64,000 nucleotides of DNA from Candidatus Magasanikiibacteriota bacterium (GTDB lineage Bacteria; Patescibacteriota; Patescibacteriia; Magasanikbacterales; 2-02-FULL-50-9b): positions 66,144 through 130,143 of the forward strand of contig CAITMK010000014.1 of the NCBI GenBank assembly GCA_903893485.1. The letters run 5' to 3'. The position numbers were made by a program, and so were the translations under genes. The notes under the pieces are model-generated. The model was given only the letters and a program-made list of their open reading frames with translations. It was not told where the DNA came from and did no database searches. Positions 59,935 to 64,000 of the stretch are shown here, piece after piece. Positions within the stretch are counted from its first letter, which is position 1. The number at the start of each line of letters is the position of its first letter.

Positions 59935-60024
59935 GGAGAGGTGGCCGAGTGGTTTAAGGCAACGGTCTTGAAAACCGTCATAGGTGAAAGCTTATCGAGA
60001 GTTCGAATCTCTCCCTCTCCGCCA
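59935..60024 (+). tRNA. tRNA-Ser(TGA)
   Basis: GGAGAGG/CCTCTCC acceptor stem, anticodon loop CTTGAAA, long variable arm, encoded CCA. Confidence 0.96.
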
Positions 60025-60195
60025 GGACAATTTCTTATCGAGCGACTCACTTTCTTGGCTAAAATTAGCCAAATAATTGAGCCATCAATGAGGCCTTGTC
60101 CGAGCAATATAAAACGACCCCATTTGGGGTCGTTTTATATTTACAACATCCTAACGCGAGAACGAATACTGTGCACGTTTAGTAATGTACACCGA

Positions 60196-63100
60196 TTACG
60201 CCCCAAGCGTATCCAAAGGCTTCCGTGGTGCTGAACGCAGATGCCGTGCCTGAGCACGAAGCACCTCGAGTTTCAAATTATCATCTGAAATAATATCTCC
60301 TCGAATTGTCGTGAATTTACCAGGCTCGCCCGCAAACTCCTTGCTTGCCATTTTTGCAAACGCCTCCACCATATCTTCGGGAGGTTTGTTACCCTGATTC
60401 AGGTATTTCTTTGAAAGAATAAAAACTCGATGAGTATTCGTACCAAGTTTTTTAAACATTTTCTTTGCTCGCTGAAGATCTTCTTTTGTGTCTATGATAA
60501 CCGCGCCTTCTGGTAATCCAAGCTTTTTTTCGCGAGAATCATCATTTGGCGGACCACTTTCACCCCCTTTCGGTGGGCGTGGCTCTGATGATGGAGTTTC
60601 CATTGCACCACGCGCCCATTCAGGTGTTACCAAAATCGGATCAATCCAGCCCGCGCCCGCGCCATTCAGATTTTTTACAACTGTTGTTGTATCTTCAATC
60701 GCGTGAATAATCGCGCCACCCGGACCATGACCAACACCTGTTGCAAGCGTATCATATCCTGCGGTACCACCACGTCGAAACACCGCTTCTGCAGCAAATT
60801 TAAGTTTACCGGCTTTGTTAATTAAAATATCGTGCAATGGATCTGACTTATCGATGACTAATTCTCCATGCTCATCTAATGGGATATCTACGCCCATAAC
60901 ATGCACCTTGAAGTTGCTTGCAACATCTTTTAGATTGCCGCCTCTTACCGCAGCGCGCAAATCTGCAAATTTATTATCATGCGTTCCGTCCGTATTTTTT
61001 GCACCATGCTTCATCATTTGTTGAAGCATTTTCTTCATAGAAAGCACGGTTTTACCAACACGATGTCTCAATTCAAGCTGCTGCTCCTTACCATCAAATT
61101 TAAACGTTTCATTGTTATGGTAATCGGCTCGAGCTCCTGGCGCATGTCCAAAACGATTTTCCATGTATGCTTTTATGCCCGCGTTATTCAGATGATGTGT
61201 AACAACTGCGTGATCCACAACTGTTTGAACCGCGTCTACTTTTACAATGCCGGCGTGAACAAGCGCTGCGTGCAATGCGCCCACATCATGACCCTGAAAA
61301 ACTTTGGAAAGCGGAAGACCCCAATTGTCAACAAGCATCCCCATCCCCTTATCGTTTGTTATAAACTGAACGTGATCTGGGAGCTGCACATGCGATCCAT
61401 CTGGAAGAGTAATGTTGTGAATTTGAGAAGTTATTTCGCTGCCACCCAAAAATGTTTTCACAATATGTTCTGACCCACTGTGAATCCAGTTTGAAAGAGA
61501 ATTCATTGAGCCACTGAGTCCATCATTATACAAACTACTGCCGGCATTAATCACCGAGCGCATCAGCACACCACCCGCGATACCAATAACAGAGCCGCCA
61601 ACAACTGCCTTTACCGTTTCCCAACGTTTGAAGCTTTTAAATTCATCATCTTGTTTTGCGACAGCTGCGAGTGTACCCTCTTCCATATGTCGCATATCTT
61701 CCGCGAAGATCTCTGCATTACCCGCTTCGGCTTGAATACGTTTTAATTCCGCACGAATTTTATTAAGCGAAAAAAGTTTTGTATTTCTTGCACCTTCTTC
61801 TGCATCAACCGCAAACATATCGATATGATTTGTGCGTTCGATTTTTTCTTTTGCCATGATTTGGCTTATGTTTGTGCGCTGCTCAGGTGTTAGCCGTGCG
61901 CCATTACACGTTTGCAAATATGCAATTACTTCACCGGCCTGCATGATCTCATCTCGATATCCAAGGCTGCGAATTTTTTCGGCGCGGTCACCACCTGCAT
62001 GTTTACCCAGTGCTTCTCGGCGCATTTCAAGACCGCGATCGCGTCTTAATTCTGCTGAACGGCGTGCACCGGCAAAACCACCGCCCATAAGTGCAGCGGC
62101 TGCTACTGGCGCTCCCGCCAACAATGATGAGCCTCTGACGCCCACACCAATACCCATTCTCACAGCAAAATTGGCAAGCGCACTAGTTGCAGCACCCGCA
62201 AAAATAGGACTCGTTAACCGTCCAAGAATTGGAAGCGACTGAATACGGTTTACAACATTATCTACAAACGATTTTGATCCATCAGGAAATCGATTTGCGA
62301 TATCACGTTCCTTTCGACCAAGCTGCACATCAACTGCCATGGTGCCACGAACAAACTTTGCGATAGCTTCTTTATTTTCTGCTCCATGTTCGGCAGCAGC
62401 TTCTTGAATTGAACGCTGAATTTCTGACTTATATTCTTCTGCGTATTTAAAAAGATTTGTTGCGTACAGTGCACCCTGATCATTTGCCGCCACAGGTCCC
62501 TTCGAAAATGTGCGGCCCTTAAGATAAGTTTGCACGATACGTACATCAACTTCTCTGTCGAATTCAGCACGCGTTCGAATCTCTCCTTGTGCGTAGCGCA
62601 TCATAATCGATGCAACTTCTTGGTTGATTTGTTCATTGTTTTCAATTTTTTCGCCTTTTTCGTGTTCTTGAACAAGACCCTGATCGTACGCTTTAAATAC
62701 TTCATCTAAATACTTTTCCGAGTCACCCAAACTTCCAGGCGTAATTACAACATCACTTTTGTGGATCAAGTGCGCTTCAATGGTTGCCATCAAATTACGA
62801 TTCTGAATAATTGCGGATTTTGCTTCCTGAAAAAATTTCTCTCGCTGACCACTTCCACCCGCACGTGCCAAGAACCGCTTAAAAAAACCATTCTTTTTAG
62901 TATCATTCAAATATTCATTCTCTTTTTCTTCAGCAACACGCTGCGCAAGCTGATTCACAAGCGGCGTCACATCATTCACACCCATTTCAAATTTCATGGA
63001 TGGAAGACGAGCGGGGCGTTTTACGTCATCAGTCACCTCGTTCAAGTTTTTTACACGCATGTAATCTTCAAGCGTAAACCGCGGATCCTCTTTATATGAC

Positions 63101-63216
63101 ACATGAAGCGCGTCACGAATTCGCGCTGATAATTCCGCGTCAGTTTCGTCAGATGCAGCATCACGACCATAGGTGGCGTCGGTGATTTCAAATTTTTTGA
63201 AAGGTTCTTTTGGCAT
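60196..63216 (-). CDS. Large hypothetical protein with Gly/Ala-rich hydrophobic segments
   Basis: 1006-aa ORF; helical N-terminus and two glycine-zipper-like hydrophobic regions. Confidence 0.8.
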   Translation of the reverse strand: MPKEPFKKFEITDATYGRDAASDETDAELSARIRDALHVSYKEDPRFTLEDYMRVKNLNEVTDDVKRPARLPSMKFEMGVNDVTPLVNQLAQRVAEEKENEYLNDTKKNGFFKRFLARAGGSGQREKFFQEAKSAIIQNRNLMATIEAHLIHKSDVVITPGSLGDSEKYLDEVFKAYDQGLVQEHEKGEKIENNEQINQEVASIMMRYAQGEIRTRAEFDREVDVRIVQTYLKGRTFSKGPVAANDQGALYATNLFKYAEEYKSEIQRSIQEAAAEHGAENKEAIAKFVRGTMAVDVQLGRKERDIANRFPDGSKSFVDNVVNRIQSLPILGRLTSPIFAGAATSALANFAVRMGIGVGVRGSSLLAGAPVAAAALMGGGFAGARRSAELRRDRGLEMRREALGKHAGGDRAEKIRSLGYRDEIMQAGEVIAYLQTCNGARLTPEQRTNISQIMAKEKIERTNHIDMFAVDAEEGARNTKLFSLNKIRAELKRIQAEAGNAEIFAEDMRHMEEGTLAAVAKQDDEFKSFKRWETVKAVVGGSVIGIAGGVLMRSVINAGSSLYNDGLSGSMNSLSNWIHSGSEHIVKTFLGGSEITSQIHNITLPDGSHVQLPDHVQFITNDKGMGMLVDNWGLPLSKVFQGHDVGALHAALVHAGIVKVDAVQTVVDHAVVTHHLNNAGIKAYMENRFGHAPGARADYHNNETFKFDGKEQQLELRHRVGKTVLSMKKMLQQMMKHGAKNTDGTHDNKFADLRAAVRGGNLKDVASNFKVHVMGVDIPLDEHGELVIDKSDPLHDILINKAGKLKFAAEAVFRRGGTAGYDTLATGVGHGPGGAIIHAIEDTTTVVKNLNGAGAGWIDPILVTPEWARGAMETPSSEPRPPKGGESGPPNDDSREKKLGLPEGAVIIDTKEDLQRAKKMFKKLGTNTHRVFILSKKYLNQGNKPPEDMVEAFAKMASKEFAGEPGKFTTIRGDIISDDNLKLEVLRAQARHLRSAPRKPLDTLGA

Positions 63217-63220
63217 ACTA

Positions 63221-63565
63221 CTAAGCTAAACTTGATAAAAATGTATCCTTGAAATCGAGGAGCGATTGCGCTACCACATCCGAGCTATTCAATACAGCGC
63301 CCTGCAAAAAAAGCGAGATCTGGCTCTCTGGCGCACCCGATGTAGCCAGCTGTTCGAATTCTGCCAATCTTTCGTCCGACAACTTTGCGAGCAAGTCAAG
63401 AAAAATTTGATGTTGAACGCGACCAAACAATTCCGTGATCATTGAAGTGCGCAGCTCAGCATTTGTCGGCTGAATCCCAGCTTCGATAAGCAAGCGTTCG
63501 AGATACAAACGCACATCGTCTGGAATGAGAACGCCATTTTCATCTGTCATGGCAGTAACTGTCAT
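63221..63565 (-). CDS. Small acidic helical hypothetical protein
   Basis: ORF directly upstream of the 1006-aa gene. Confidence 0.7.
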   Translation of the reverse strand: MTVTAMTDENGVLIPDDVRLYLERLLIEAGIQPTNAELRTSMITELFGRVQHQIFLDLLAKLSDERLAEFEQLATSGAPESQISLFLQGAVLNSSDVVAQSLLDFKDTFLSSLA

Positions 63566-63656
63566 AGGTAAAGAAAATAAATTGTATGTAGTATACACCA
63601 AAAATCAAAAATCTCAAAAAGAATCCACTTATTTTTTTGATAATTCTTTAACCATT

Positions 63657-64000
63657 CTACAAACGCTCAGTGTAATTACGAATTGCCCCCATAAAAAGTT
63701 CCCCAAATTGAGAAAGCTTTAAATTACCAACGCCATTAATTTGCAAAAAAGCAGCCGGCGTTTGCGGCAATTGCGCAGCCATCTCCTGAAGCGCTTTGTC
63801 GCCAAACACAATATATGGTGGAACGCCAAGTCGTGAAGCTTCGCTCGTTCGAATAGCACGAAGTTCCTCAAACAACATCTTATCAAAAGCAACAGCCCCC
63901 ACCGAAGCAGCTATTTTTTTTGCTTTTGAAATCACTTTAATTTCAAGTGGTGCATGCGGCGCGCACACATCACAATTTCCACAATTCACCACATCCGAAT
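63657..64000 (-). CDS. recQ: RecQ helicase C-terminus (Zn-binding Cys and HRDC domain), 5' partial
   Basis: NCGNCDVC then LFEELRAIR..VPPYIVFGDKALQEMA..INGVG. Confidence 0.85.
   Translation of the reverse strand, partial: SDVVNCGNCDVCAPHAPLEIKVISKAKKIAASVGAVAFDKMLFEELRAIRTSEASRLGVPPYIVFGDKALQEMAAQLPQTPAAFLQINGVGNLKLSQFGELFMGAIRNYTERL

Overview
The window looks like a Patescibacteria (CPR) chromosome segment using genetic code 11, probably Parcubacteria of the ABY1 group (Uhrbacteria/Magasanikbacteria-like). This placement is inferred from gene content and the large secreted protein at 1-2928, not from a search. The AT-rich backbone carries an ECF sigma/anti-sigma pair, a glycosyltransferase and O-antigen ligase cluster, smpB, tmRNA, infC-rpmI-rplT, tRNA-Asp, tRNA-Ser, a P1B ATPase, a U32/ferredoxin pair, an ice-binding protein with a class F sortase, a 1942-aa surface protein and the end of recQ. 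The main unexplained signal is that two gene architectures are interleaved. The backbone starts I inspected have no Shine-Dalgarno (SD) sequence, often have short or no leaders, and end in short perfect terminators. Sixteen GC-richer genes with no recognisable housekeeping function all have a strong SD, most have their own near-consensus sigma70 promoter, and each unit ends in a long bulged, G.U-rich hairpin plus U-tract; some of these hairpins are related in sequence. Five of the genes (12.5-20.3 kb) encode myxobacteria-style lipoproteins (three strongly Cys-rich) and an apparent outer-membrane beta-barrel, which a monoderm CPR cell should have no membrane for. One unit is empty (promoter and hairpin, no gene). 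This is a candidate cassette or host-directed expression system. All product calls come from motif recognition by eye.
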